DNA from: an uncultured Bacilli bacterium
GTDB lineage: Bacteria; Bacillota_I; Bacilli_A; RF39; UBA660
Assembly: GCA_934098555.1 (NCBI GenBank)
Contig: CAKOOQ010000002.1
Span: 1-63,500 of the forward strand
DNA length: 63,500 bases
Direction of reading: 5' to 3'
In this document: positions 45,841 through 56,449 of the stretch, one piece after another
How positions within the stretch are numbered: position 1 is the stretch's first letter
Layout of the letters: each line of letters begins with the position of its first letter
The notes under the pieces: model-generated
The model's input: only the letters and a program-made list of their open reading frames with translations
What the model was told of the DNA's origin: nothing
Databases searched by the model: none
Program-made: the position numbers and the translations under genes

Positions 45841-48369
45841 CTATTTTAAAAGGAGTTCTAATTTTTTCTTTTCTTCTTCTAGTTTCTTTTTTTCATCTAA
45901 AACTAACTTTTCAGGAGCTTTACTCACAAAGTTTTCATTGGCTAAAAGATTTTGCCTTTTTAAAATACTGGCTTTTAAACTCTCTATTTCTTTTTCTTTC
46001 TTAAGAATATCTTCTTCTGTTTCTTCTTTTTCATCACATAAAGTGAGACAATAGTTTTTATAAACTACTTCATATTGGCTTAAACTATCACTTTCTGAAG
46101 CTATGTAATCATTTAACTTTAACATTTGGAAAATAAAGGTATAATCTTCTGTATTTTTTAATAAGACGTGATACTCTTTACCAATGTTATGTTCGGCTTT
46201 AACGTTTCTAAAAAGACGAATAAATTCTAATTCATTATCGACCTTTTCCAGTGCCTCTTTAAAAATTTCTTTTTTATTATATTTAGGGTAAGCACTTAGC
46301 ATAATAGTATCCGAAGTATTTAAAACTTTACCATAGATTTCTTCTGTTACAAAAGGCATGAAAGGATGAAGCATTTTTAAAATACCAACTAAAACATCAC
46401 GTAAAACTTTTTTGGTTGTATTTTCTTGCATATGATATTTAGCCATTTCAATATACTTATCGCAAAAATCTTCCCAAATAAAGCGATATAAAACCGTGCC
46501 AACATTTTGAAATTCATACTTATCCATGTATTTAGTAACGTCTTTAACGGTCATATTATAACGAGTTAAAATCCATTTATCTGCCTCGCTATACAAAGGT
46601 GTTTCTTCTTCATTAAGACCTTCTAAATTCATCATAACAAAACGAGAGGCATTCCAAATTTTATTGATGAAATTCCATGTGCTCTTTACTTTTTCCTCAT
46701 CATATCTTAAATCTGTTCCACCCGCGGTGGAAGTCGTTAAATAATATCTTAAAGCATCGGCACCGTAAGAATCAATAACATCCATAGGATCGACGCCATT
46801 ACCTAAGCTTTTACTCATTTTACGACCCTGTTTGTCTCTTATAAGACCATGAATATAACAATATTCAAAAGGACGTTTGCCCGTGAAATGAAGTCCTTGA
46901 AAAGTCATACGATTCACCCAAAAAGGAATAATGTCATACCCAGTAACTAAAACGCTTGTTGGATAGTATCTTTGTAGTAATGAAGTTTCATCTGGCCAGC
47001 CAAGTGTTGAAAAAGGCCATAAAGCACTAGAAAACCAAGTATCTAACACATCTTCATCTTGAACCCATCCTTCTTCTTTTGGCTCTTCCATGCCAACATA
47101 AATTTCATCGTCCTTATACCAAGCGGGTATTTGATGCCCCCACCAAAGTTGTCTTGAAATACACCAGTCATAAGTAATTTCCATCCAGTGATTCATAATC
47201 TTTTCATAACGACTTGGTAAAAATTTAACTTTTGTCTCTTTATTTTTTTGATTATTCAAAACAGCATCCGCAAGAGGTCTCATTTTCACAAACCATTGTT
47301 TAGATACCATAGGTTCTACCATCGCATCTGTTCTTTCAGAGTGTCCAACACTATGAATGATAGGCTCTACTTTTAAAAGGTAACCTTTTTCTTTAAGTTC
47401 TGCAAGTAGTTTTTCACGACATTCAAAACGGTCCATACCTGCATAAGATAGGCAATTTTCATTCATGGTACCATCTAGATTTAAAATATCTACTCCCTTT
47501 AAGTTATGTCTTTTTCCTACTTCGTAGTCATTAGGGTCGCTTTTAGGAGTTATTTTTACACAACCAGTACCTTTTTGCATATCCGCATGTTCATCAGCAA
47601 TAACAGGTATTTCTCTTCCCACAAGAGGTAAAATAATTGTTTTACCAATATACTTTTGGTACCTTTCATCCTCTTTATTCACGGCAACAGCCATATCACC
47701 AAACATAGTTTCAGGACGTGTTGTCGCGACATCTAAATACTCATCACTATCTTTAAAAGGATACTTTAAATGATAAAAATTGCCAGGGATATCTTTATAA
47801 ATAACTTCTTCGTTTGATAAGGCTGTCTTAGCAACGGGATCCCAGTTAATCATTCTTTCCCCACGATAAATAAGACCCTCGTTATATAATTTAACAAAAA
47901 CAGTCCGCACAGCCTTAGATAAGCCTTCATCTAAAGTAAACCTTTCTTTAGAATAATCTACACTTAAGCCAAGTTTCGCCCATTGTTTGTGAATATTAGA
48001 AGCATATTCCTCTTTCCATTTCCAAGCTTCTTTTAACCAGTCTTCTCTTTTCATACTGCGAGGATTTATGCCTTCTTCCCGCAATTTTTTATCGACTTTT
48101 GCTTGTGTAGCAATACCCGCATGATCCATTCCTGGAACCCATAAAGCATCAAAGCCCTGCATTCTTTTATAACGAATCATAATATCTTGAATGGAAGTAT
48201 CCCAAGCATGACCAAGATGAAGTTTACCGGTGACATTTGGAGGTGGAATGACAATACAAAAAGGTTTACCATCATTTTTGCCACTTTCAAAATAACTTTT
48301 TTCTTTCCAAAAATCGTATTTTCCTTTTTCTACCTCTAAATGATTATATTTTTTATCGATTACGTTCAT
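45841..48369 (-). CDS. valS: valine--tRNA ligase
   Basis: Class I aaRS with HLGHAWD (HIGH) and KMSKS motifs and a C-terminal coiled coil. Start chosen at MNVIDKKY. Confidence 0.95.
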   Translation of the reverse strand: MNVIDKKYNHLEVEKGKYDFWKEKSYFESGKNDGKPFCIVIPPPNVTGKLHLGHAWDTSIQDIMIRYKRMQGFDALWVPGMDHAGIATQAKVDKKLREEGINPRSMKREDWLKEAWKWKEEYASNIHKQWAKLGLSVDYSKERFTLDEGLSKAVRTVFVKLYNEGLIYRGERMINWDPVAKTALSNEEVIYKDIPGNFYHLKYPFKDSDEYLDVATTRPETMFGDMAVAVNKEDERYQKYIGKTIILPLVGREIPVIADEHADMQKGTGCVKITPKSDPNDYEVGKRHNLKGVDILNLDGTMNENCLSYAGMDRFECREKLLAELKEKGYLLKVEPIIHSVGHSERTDAMVEPMVSKQWFVKMRPLADAVLNNQKNKETKVKFLPSRYEKIMNHWMEITYDWCISRQLWWGHQIPAWYKDDEIYVGMEEPKEEGWVQDEDVLDTWFSSALWPFSTLGWPDETSLLQRYYPTSVLVTGYDIIPFWVNRMTFQGLHFTGKRPFEYCYIHGLIRDKQGRKMSKSLGNGVDPMDVIDSYGADALRYYLTTSTAGGTDLRYDEEKVKSTWNFINKIWNASRFVMMNLEGLNEEETPLYSEADKWILTRYNMTVKDVTKYMDKYEFQNVGTVLYRFIWEDFCDKYIEMAKYHMQENTTKKVLRDVLVGILKMLHPFMPFVTEEIYGKVLNTSDTIMLSAYPKYNKKEIFKEALEKVDNELEFIRLFRNVKAEHNIGKEYHVLLKNTEDYTFIFQMLKLNDYIASESDSLSQYEVVYKNYCLTLCDEKEETEEDILKKEKEIESLKASILKRQNLLANENFVSKAPEKLVLDEKKKLEEEKKKLELLLK

Positions 48370-48766
48370 TTTTCTGTCTCTCCTTTGCTTGCTCATATAA
48401 CTTTATGATTCTTTTTTCACTAAGTTCTTTCCACGTATCTTCATTTTCATAATACTTTACCATATGAACTCTTTTTTCTTCTTTTTCAGGAAACAAGTTA
48501 TCAACGAAATAAAGAATTTGCTTATCTGTAATAACATCTGGAAACATGACCACCATATCTAATATATCATCCATAATAGTAAGCATATGATAATCTTTAG
48601 TAGCACTTTTAGCGTTATCATAACGGTCAAAGCCTTTGATTTCATATTTTTCATCAAACTGATTTTTCAAAAGTCCCGCGATTAACTCGTCATGCCTTTT
48701 TAAACGATTTTCCAAAAAATCTGTATACACCTCGCCTGCTCCTGTTACTAATAAAACTTCTTTCAT
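48353..48766 (-). CDS. hypothetical protein (137 aa) between the T-box leader and valS
   Basis: ORF with an RBS. It overlaps the valS start by about 17 nt. No family recognised. Confidence 0.5.
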   Translation of the reverse strand: MKEVLLVTGAGEVYTDFLENRLKRHDELIAGLLKNQFDEKYEIKGFDRYDNAKSATKDYHMLTIMDDILDMVVMFPDVITDKQILYFVDNLFPEKEEKRVHMVKYYENEDTWKELSEKRIIKLYEQAKERQKNERNR

Positions 48767-48769
48767 AAA

Positions 48770-49005
48770 ACATAACCCTTTCTAAAATAAAAAGAATGGC
48801 CATCTAAAGGAGTCTTTTTAGACGGTACCATCCTTACTTTTTCTCTTACTTGATAAAGGAGATGTCTCCTACATGCTTTAGTTAACAACCTTCTAAAAGC
48901 CTTTTTGTTTATTTGCACCCACCATAAACTCTCTTTGAAAAAAGGCTTTTATACTCCTTTAACCTCATCGCATTTCTTAAATATCATACCAGCATCTTTT
49001 TTAAA
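48770..49005 (-). promoter_or_regulatory. T-box riboswitch leader (Val specifier candidate)
   Basis: The minus strand has AGAGAGUUUAUGGUGGGUGCAA, GAAGGUUGUUAACU with GUU followed by a purine, the T-box sequence AAGGAUGGUACCGUC, and a terminator with a U-run. Confidence 0.7.
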
Positions 49006-49017
49006 AAGCAATCTTTT

Positions 49018-49971
49018 TTACGATAAATTAATGGTTTCTTTAAGGCTTGTGCTTACATAAACTTTTAGTTTTTTATCTTCAATAACAGAAGAAGTTTCCT
49101 CACCATCTTCTAGGGAGTATGTACGACTTATCTGCTTATTTTCTTTTACATCGTAAACATAGAAGGTATTATCATGAGTGGTACAGTTTAAGTATTTACC
49201 CGTAAAAGATAAAGATTTAAATTCATCCGAAAGTTTATCGTTATTATTATAATCTGTTAAAACATAAGATTCTTTATTTTTTTCAAGAATAAGAAATTCG
49301 CCATTAAAATCTACGATTGGATCTGTAATATTTTCTGTTAATACGGCTTCATTTGTATCTATAATATCCCATCTTTTATCTTTCATGGTAATAAAATAAT
49401 CAGAAGATAAAACGTTATTCGTTATAACAGAAGGAGAAAGACCGATAAATTCATACTTTTCATCAAAAGGTATAAGCATAAAAGGCCTATTTTTTAAACT
49501 TAAAACGCCATAATATCCATCCATATTAGAAACAATAACAAGATCATTTAAAAGGCCATAGCCATAGTCTTTTACTTCTTTATAAGGACTCGCTTTATAA
49601 GCGGTTTTTGTTTTAATATCATATAAGAAAGTAACCTCATCATTAATGAAAGCATAACGTTTTTGAATAACTTTTATATAGTCTTCGGAAGGAAGATAAC
49701 TATCTTTATAATCGCTATCCGTCACTTTATTTTTAGCAATATCACAATCAGTTGTTACACAGCTATAATTACCAATAAGTTCTCCGTCATCGGTATAAAA
49801 CCATAATTTGTTATCAAAAAATTTTTCTTTGTTTGTGTTTGGCTTTTCATTATTTGTCGTCAGCTGTTTTCTAGAATGATGTAAAAACATGCCATAGCCT
49901 CCGAGAAAAGAGGTTAAAACAAGGAAAATAACAATGGTTATCCCAGCACTTTTAGCTATTTTCTGATTCAT
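49018..49971 (-). CDS. membrane-anchored repeat protein (WG-repeat-like)
   Basis: N-terminal TM (ITIVIFLVLTSFLGGYGMF) followed by beta-rich repeats (YYGVLSL, YVLTDYNN...). Confidence 0.45.
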   Translation of the reverse strand: MNQKIAKSAGITIVIFLVLTSFLGGYGMFLHHSRKQLTTNNEKPNTNKEKFFDNKLWFYTDDGELIGNYSCVTTDCDIAKNKVTDSDYKDSYLPSEDYIKVIQKRYAFINDEVTFLYDIKTKTAYKASPYKEVKDYGYGLLNDLVIVSNMDGYYGVLSLKNRPFMLIPFDEKYEFIGLSPSVITNNVLSSDYFITMKDKRWDIIDTNEAVLTENITDPIVDFNGEFLILEKNKESYVLTDYNNNDKLSDEFKSLSFTGKYLNCTTHDNTFYVYDVKENKQISRTYSLEDGEETSSVIEDKKLKVYVSTSLKETINLS

Positions 49972-52210
49972 TTTCACTGTCCTCTTTCTCACTGACATAA
50001 GTTCCATCTAATAAAAACTTTTGTTTGGCATTATACGTATTATTACTATTTCCTATTTCTACATAAATATATTTTGAATCAAAAGTAATTCTAAAGGCAT
50101 TGACCTCGCTACCATAATAACGGTCTGTTAAAAGTTCAAGACCATCTTTACCTTTTTCATCACCCGTAACTTCGTAAATATATTCTTTTTTACTTGCCTC
50201 ATCATAACGATATAAATGAACCCGATGATTAATAACTGCCGCATAATAATCGTCATAAAGTTCTACATAATTATAAGCCGTACTGCTAATTTCTTTTGCA
50301 AAAGAATGAACAAAGAACATATTATCTTTGAAAGTTTTTAAGTAATTTTTGTAATAATCAACGATGGGCGAAGCTTTATCTTCGGTTTTTTTCTCACCGG
50401 TTTTATCATATAAAGCATATTTGTTATTTTCATTAACAACAAAATAATCTCCTAAACGTTTGATTTCGTTTTTATTAAACTGAATAACAGAAGAAACCCC
50501 ATCACTCGTAATTTTATTAACTCCATATTTACCCGTGGATTTTGATTGAGCAATAAAATAGAGATTGGTTGGAGTAATAAAGGTGACATCTTCACCACCT
50601 GTATAAGAAGCGGTATCTACCGTGCTAAATTCACTAATTGGTTTCGTGGTATCTTGTAAATCTACTAAATAAATGCTCGTACCATCTTTAATAAATGCAT
50701 ATTTTTTGCCAACAATAGGAATATACCCCTCTTTAACATCGCCTGTTTCCTTCATATTGCCGTTTGTCTCTCTTAAAACAGAGTCACTGGCAATAGTACA
50801 ATTAGAAAGCTTCGTTGTATTATTTTCAATCGTATTTTGGTTATTACAATGGTAGGTTCCTAAAAGATTTTTTTTACTACTATCTTGATAAATATATAAA
50901 TTTCCCTCAAAGTAATTTAAAAAAGCAAGTTTCTTTGATAAATTACCTTCTTTTAAATCAATATTATAGTTTACTTTATCTTCCCCATCATAAACATTAA
51001 TAAATAATAAAGAATCATTTAACTCATAATCAAAAGCTTGTTTGGTTTTCGTAAGTTTTAGATCTTCGTTATAAACTTCAATTTTATTATAATTGGTATT
51101 TTTAAGTTCGATATCTTTTAAACTATAGAAATTATCTTCATAATCTAAAACATAAAGTTTACCTTTACGAATAGATAAGAAAACGTCTTTTAATAAAACA
51201 ATATAATCTTGTTCATCGTTTTTAGCAATTTCTTTCGCATTATAATCATAAAGATGATATTTATTTTCTTTATTTTTCGTAACAACATATTTTTCATTCG
51301 CGTTTACTATTGTCTCATTAAAAGCCTTCGTTAAGGGCTTATTTTCTAAATTAGAAACGTAAGAATTGTTATCTTTACGAACCGCGACGAGACCCACGTT
51401 TTCTTGATTTGGAATGATATGAAGCTCATCATAAGTTGCTGGAATCACAGTTTTAACTTCATCTGGTGTAATGTTTAAAAGACCATATTTACTTTCTTCA
51501 TTTTTAACAATAACATAATTATCATAGCCATAACTTGTTAAAATCTCATAAACCGTACTGATAGTTTTCTTATCTTTTAAATCATATAAAAGATAATTTT
51601 TAGCTTCTTTTTCTTTACTATCATGAATAAAAACAAAACGATTTTGATAAATAGAAGAACGAAGTTTTAGCATCTCTTCTTTTTCATTTTGAAGTCTTAC
51701 GGTATCCATTGTTGTATCCGTATTAACATAAGCCACTTCACATAAAGTTTCTTCTTTGTTTTCACATTCGTAAGTGCCAATTTCTTTATCTTCACTATCT
51801 AGAAGAATTAAAGTGCCATTTTCATAACGATAATTATCTTTTTCTAAAATAACATCGGGTTTTTTATGTTCCTTTAAATCATCCTTTTTTAAAGTAAAAA
51901 AGAATATAAGACCAACAAGACTAAGGAAGATAAATAGGGCTAAAACAATCGTGATAATCTTTTTCTTTTTATCAAGGTTTTGCCACCATTTTTTGATTTT
52001 TACGATTAGTTTTTCTTTTTTAGGGGGTTGATCGTTTTTCATTTCTTCTTTCGTTTCCACTTCTGTTTTAAAAACCAAATCCGCATCTTTCATATGTTCG
52101 TCAAAATCTTTTTGATATTCATTTGTTAAATTTTCTAAAGATTCCAGTGCTAAATCACTCAAAGTATTTAATTCTTTTGTATCTTCTTTTTTTTCATTAT
52201 CCATAATCAT
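49952..52210 (-). CDS. large membrane-anchored repeat protein (WG-repeat-like), 752 aa
   Basis: Acidic N-terminus, one TM near aa 95-115, then repeats of the KYGLLN / KYHLYDYN / KYGVNK / KYALYDKTG type. Confidence 0.45.
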   Translation of the reverse strand: MIMDNEKKEDTKELNTLSDLALESLENLTNEYQKDFDEHMKDADLVFKTEVETKEEMKNDQPPKKEKLIVKIKKWWQNLDKKKKIITIVLALFIFLSLVGLIFFFTLKKDDLKEHKKPDVILEKDNYRYENGTLILLDSEDKEIGTYECENKEETLCEVAYVNTDTTMDTVRLQNEKEEMLKLRSSIYQNRFVFIHDSKEKEAKNYLLYDLKDKKTISTVYEILTSYGYDNYVIVKNEESKYGLLNITPDEVKTVIPATYDELHIIPNQENVGLVAVRKDNNSYVSNLENKPLTKAFNETIVNANEKYVVTKNKENKYHLYDYNAKEIAKNDEQDYIVLLKDVFLSIRKGKLYVLDYEDNFYSLKDIELKNTNYNKIEVYNEDLKLTKTKQAFDYELNDSLLFINVYDGEDKVNYNIDLKEGNLSKKLAFLNYFEGNLYIYQDSSKKNLLGTYHCNNQNTIENNTTKLSNCTIASDSVLRETNGNMKETGDVKEGYIPIVGKKYAFIKDGTSIYLVDLQDTTKPISEFSTVDTASYTGGEDVTFITPTNLYFIAQSKSTGKYGVNKITSDGVSSVIQFNKNEIKRLGDYFVVNENNKYALYDKTGEKKTEDKASPIVDYYKNYLKTFKDNMFFVHSFAKEISSTAYNYVELYDDYYAAVINHRVHLYRYDEASKKEYIYEVTGDEKGKDGLELLTDRYYGSEVNAFRITFDSKYIYVEIGNSNNTYNAKQKFLLDGTYVSEKEDSENESENS

Positions 52211-52288
52211 TACCTACTTTCTTAAGAATAAATCTTTGCTACCCTATAGATAGGATAGCATAATTTTAAAGAGTTGTATAGAAACTTT

Positions 52289-53062
52289 TTAAAAATTATT
52301 TTGAAATAAAAAGTCTAAAAACCACGAAAATTTGTCGTAAAAGAAAAAGACAAAACATAAGGCGCTGATAAGAAAAGGTCCATAAGGTAATTCTTTAGTG
52401 TTTGAATTATAAAGTGTGAATGTCGCATATGGGAGAGCTAAAAACGTCGATAAAATAAGGGCTAAAAAACCATGAGGTAAACCAAGAGTAAGGCCAAAGA
52501 TAAAAGAAAGTTTTATATCTCCACCTCCTAAGGCCTCTCTTTTAAACATCATTTTGCCAAGAAGACCCACACAATACATAAATAAAAAAAGCATGAACCC
52601 TGCAAGGACCCTAGAAAGGGCAAAGGCAAAACTATAAAAATACCATTCTAAAAAAAAGATAGCCAAGGAAGAAACCACTAAAGGAGAATCTAAAATTATC
52701 ATGTATTTGATATCCGTTAAAAAGATAAGATCAAATAAGGAAAGCAAAAATAATGAAACCAAAAAAGAATAAGAAATACCATAATAACAATAAGAAAGGC
52801 TAAAAGAAAGCCCTAAAAATATTTCCGTAAGAAGAAAAGTTTTGGAAAGAGGTTTATGACAAGCCGAACATTTGCCTCTTAAAATAAGAAAAGATAGGAT
52901 GGGAACAATTTCCCAGAAAGCTAAAGGGTGATTACAATAATCACAATGACTTCTTGGCTTAATGATGGACTTTCCTTCTGGAAGACGAGAGGCCATGACT
53001 CCATAAAAGGAAGCCATCACGCTTCCCAACACAAACCAAAAAACAATATTTAATATATTCAT
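52289..53062 (-). CDS. prepilin peptidase (A24 family)
   Basis: N-terminal Cys-rich box (HCDYCNHPL...GKCSACHKPL), polytopic, GGGDIKL motif. Start at MNILNIV. Confidence 0.85.
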   Translation of the reverse strand: MNILNIVFWFVLGSVMASFYGVMASRLPEGKSIIKPRSHCDYCNHPLAFWEIVPILSFLILRGKCSACHKPLSKTFLLTEIFLGLSFSLSYCYYGISYSFLVSLFLLSLFDLIFLTDIKYMIILDSPLVVSSLAIFFLEWYFYSFAFALSRVLAGFMLFLFMYCVGLLGKMMFKREALGGGDIKLSFIFGLTLGLPHGFLALILSTFLALPYATFTLYNSNTKELPYGPFLISALCFVFFFYDKFSWFLDFLFQNNF

Positions 53063-53070
53063 ATTACCAC

Positions 53071-54657
53071 CTATTCTAGTTGTCCATATAAATCGAACAT
53101 TGGAATTAAAACAGCCATTAAAATAATACCGACAATAATAGCCAGTAAACATATTGTAACTGGTTCGACAAAAGATTTCAAACTATTTACCATTGAACGA
53201 TGCATTTCTTGATAATAAGTACTGACTTTACTCATCATCTCGGCAAGCTGGCCTGTTGATTCTCCAGTTTCAATCATGAAGTAAGCTACATCCGGAACAG
53301 CCCAATGATCTTTAAAAGCGAGACTGATTTTATCCCCTTTAACAATATTATCAATTGTTTTATACATAATTTCTTTATAAATTTCATTGTTCGTAATCTT
53401 ACTTAAAATATCAATACTATCGGTAATAAAGACATTGTTTTTTAAAAGCGACGCAAATGTTTTTGAAAAAATAGTCATTTCATTGTAAATAATAACTTTA
53501 CCTATAATAGGTATTTTCATAGCAAAAGTTTGCAAAGACTTTCTAAAGGCTTTGATTTTTTGATAAAGAAGAACAATCACTAAAATAATAAATAATATTA
53601 TAGTAATTAAAGTAAAGGCATTATCTTGTAAAAAATTACTAATATTTAAAATAGTTAAAGTAAAGCTATTTAAAGTCGCGCCAGCTTCGTCGTAAATATT
53701 AACAAATTGAGGGACAACCCATACCATAATAAAAGTAATAACAGCAAGAGCAAAAATCATAATAATGGTTGGATACGTTAAAGCAGAAATCATTTGCTTT
53801 CTGGTTTTTTCAATCTCTTCATAATAATTAGCCATATCATCTAAGGTTTCTTCAAGCTCGCCTGTCGCTTCAGCCGCTTTAATCATATTAATAAGTAAAG
53901 CAGGAAACATGTTGCCTTGTTTTTCTAAAGCACTTGAGAAGGATTCGCCCATAGTAAGTTCATAAATAATGGATTGGAAAGCCCTTTTATAATTCATATT
54001 CTTATTCATTTGTCGATTTAAAATACGAATGGAATCTGTTAAGGGAATACCACTTTTTAAGTAGGTGGATAGCTGCGTTAACCAAAAGAGTAAATCTTTA
54101 TTTTTAAGTTTTACTGAAAAAAGACTTGATTTACCATAAAGAAGGTTAATAAAGTCACTGGTTTCAATTTTATAAACATCATAACCATCTTGAACTAAAA
54201 AAGTATTCACATCTAATTTAGAGTAACTATTTATAATACCTGTTTCAATTTTTCCATCCCTATTCTTTGCCGTAAAGCGAAAAACCTGAGGTTCTTTACT
54301 TCTTATCTTTCCGTTTCCCTCCAGCTCTGCTAAAAGCTTCAATTTTTCTTTTTCAAGACCCTCTATCTTTTTTTTCATGTAAGAAGTGTTTTTCAAAAGG
54401 TCATTAATATCCATATTTAAAATGCTACTTTTCTTTGCTTCCGCTTTTTGGGTATTTTCTTTCCCTGGAGATATTTTAACAGCCTCCGAAACCTTTAAAC
54501 TAGCATGTTGCCAAAGAAAAATTGGAATATCTTTAAATACATAAAGAATACCCCGCCAAAGACATTCTAATATATAGATAAACACTTCCATCACAGATTT
54601 AAAAGAAATGAATAATCCCAAACTTGGATACTTCAAAGGATTTTTATTCTCTTGCAT
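53071..54657 (-). CDS. type II secretion / type IV pilus platform protein (GspF/PilC family) with N-terminal extension
   Basis: Two GspF repeats (SGIPLTDSIRIL, GDKISLAF... and GESTGQLAEMM). About 120 extra N-terminal residues carry a hydrophobic segment and a coiled coil. Confidence 0.85.
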   Translation of the reverse strand: MQENKNPLKYPSLGLFISFKSVMEVFIYILECLWRGILYVFKDIPIFLWQHASLKVSEAVKISPGKENTQKAEAKKSSILNMDINDLLKNTSYMKKKIEGLEKEKLKLLAELEGNGKIRSKEPQVFRFTAKNRDGKIETGIINSYSKLDVNTFLVQDGYDVYKIETSDFINLLYGKSSLFSVKLKNKDLLFWLTQLSTYLKSGIPLTDSIRILNRQMNKNMNYKRAFQSIIYELTMGESFSSALEKQGNMFPALLINMIKAAEATGELEETLDDMANYYEEIEKTRKQMISALTYPTIIMIFALAVITFIMVWVVPQFVNIYDEAGATLNSFTLTILNISNFLQDNAFTLITIILFIILVIVLLYQKIKAFRKSLQTFAMKIPIIGKVIIYNEMTIFSKTFASLLKNNVFITDSIDILSKITNNEIYKEIMYKTIDNIVKGDKISLAFKDHWAVPDVAYFMIETGESTGQLAEMMSKVSTYYQEMHRSMVNSLKSFVEPVTICLLAIIVGIILMAVLIPMFDLYGQLE

Positions 54658-54854
54658 ATCTTACCCTCTATTCTCCTCATAAGTATACCATACTTATGAG
54701 GATCGAAACAACTTTATTTTTTTCATTTATAAATAAAAAAACAAGTATCCTTCTATTTATATAGAAAGATACTCGTAGCTTATTTTTTATTCTATTCCAA
54801 TCACATAAGGTGATTCTTCAGATCCTTCTCCCGACAAAATGGATACATTTGATT

Positions 54855-55001
54855 TTAAATATAACGAAGGCCGAAATCTGTAGTTACTGTACGTGTTTTA
54901 TTTCCTGTGCCATCATCCACGTTATTCATCACGGCTATAATAGCGATGATACCTATTAATAAAACAGCTAAAACTAATATATTTCTTTTCTTTTTTTTCA
55001 T
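54855..55001 (-). CDS. 48-aa membrane-anchored peptide, unannotated
   Basis: AAGGAG RBS. Product MKKKKRNILVLAVLLIGIIAIIAVMNNVDDGTGNKTRTVTTDFGLRYI. Confidence 0.3.
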   Translation of the reverse strand: MKKKKRNILVLAVLLIGIIAIIAVMNNVDDGTGNKTRTVTTDFGLRYI

Positions 55002-55131
55002 AAATGGAACAACTCCTTTTCTCTTTAATATGTAACAGTTTGGTATGTTTTAAACTCTTTTTTGTTCATATAAATATCTTAGCATATTTTTAATACCTAT
55101 TGGTAATAAAAAGACTATCATAAGATAATCT

Positions 55132-56295
55132 TTAGGAATTGGTAAAGAGTTTGATTTGTCTTTTCTCTTCACTTATTTTGTTTTCTATCGCGATTCTTTG
55201 GATAACAAAACACATTAAAATAATATTCATATTATAACTTCCCCCATAGCTTAAAAATGGAAGTGGAACGCCAGTTAAAGGAATTAAGGCCAAAGAACCG
55301 GCTAAGTTGATAATAAGATGTAACAAAATATAAATGAACGTACCATAGCAAATAATAAAGTTGCGGGTATTGTCACAGGCTTTAGCAATTTTTAAAATTC
55401 GATATAAAATAAAGGCATAGCCTATTAAAACCAGAATACCTAACAAAAGGCCTAATTCTTCGACTAAGATAGGAAAAATAAAGTCGGTATGAGCTTCTGG
55501 TAAATAAAGATATTTTTGGCTGGAATTACCAAGACCAACTCCAAAAATACCACCGTTATGATAGGCAATGAGCCCATTACAAACTTGGTATCCGGTATCT
55601 TCCATATAACGGCTACAAGGAGATGAAAATTTAAGCCGAGATAGCTGGGCCGAATTAAAAATATCAGAGCCACTATACAAAAGTACAAAAGCAAAAATGA
55701 TGGTCCCAATGCCTAAATATTTAATGATATTTACTTTTTTCTTATCTGAAAAAGGAACTTTTAAAAAAGTAAAGAAAACAATCCCAGCAATAATGGCTGC
55801 GCCACCAAAGTCCGGTTGTTTGGCAACGAGAATAAAAATAACCAAAGCAAATAAAATGGGTAAAAAATTATACCAAAAATTTTTTTTCTTTTTAAGACTT
55901 TTTTCATAAAAACAACCCATATAAAGAATTAAAGCCGTTTTAGCAAATTCGGTCGGTTGAAGATTAAAAAAGCCAAAATCAATCCAGCTTTGGGCCCCAC
56001 CAGCAATGGCTCCATAGCCAAAAACATAAATTAAAAGTGCAACAACAGCTAAAAGGTAGACAGTAGATAACCATTTATAATTACGGGTAGGTTGTCTTAA
56101 AACAAGGAAAAAACCCACAAAAACAGAAAGCAAAACAAAGATAACTTGTCGAATAAAAAAATAATAGGAAGAAACTTGGTATCTTAAAACAGCTGAAACA
56201 GAAGAAGCACTCAGTATCATCACAATGCCTAAAATCATGTAAAAAAACATCAAAATAAAAAGTGGTTTGTCTACCTTTTTTAATAACGACTTCAT
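55132..56295 (-). CDS. SEDS-family peptidoglycan polymerase (FtsW/RodA/SpoVE)
   Basis: Ten or so TM segments, with PTEFAK, HTDFIF and LPFLSYGGS motifs. Confidence 0.85.
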   Translation of the reverse strand: MKSLLKKVDKPLFILMFFYMILGIVMILSASSVSAVLRYQVSSYYFFIRQVIFVLLSVFVGFFLVLRQPTRNYKWLSTVYLLAVVALLIYVFGYGAIAGGAQSWIDFGFFNLQPTEFAKTALILYMGCFYEKSLKKKKNFWYNFLPILFALVIFILVAKQPDFGGAAIIAGIVFFTFLKVPFSDKKKVNIIKYLGIGTIIFAFVLLYSGSDIFNSAQLSRLKFSSPCSRYMEDTGYQVCNGLIAYHNGGIFGVGLGNSSQKYLYLPEAHTDFIFPILVEELGLLLGILVLIGYAFILYRILKIAKACDNTRNFIICYGTFIYILLHLIINLAGSLALIPLTGVPLPFLSYGGSYNMNIILMCFVIQRIAIENKISEEKRQIKLFTNS

Positions 56296-56449
56296 AGTAT
56301 CACCTTACTAACATGGTATCACAAAAACAAAAAGATACAAAGAGATTATCAAAAGATATTGACATTCATTAAACAAAATTATGCTAACAAAATAGATCAT
56401 TTTTTCTTCTTTTGTATAGACTATAGTAGATAGATTAGGAGGTAATACT

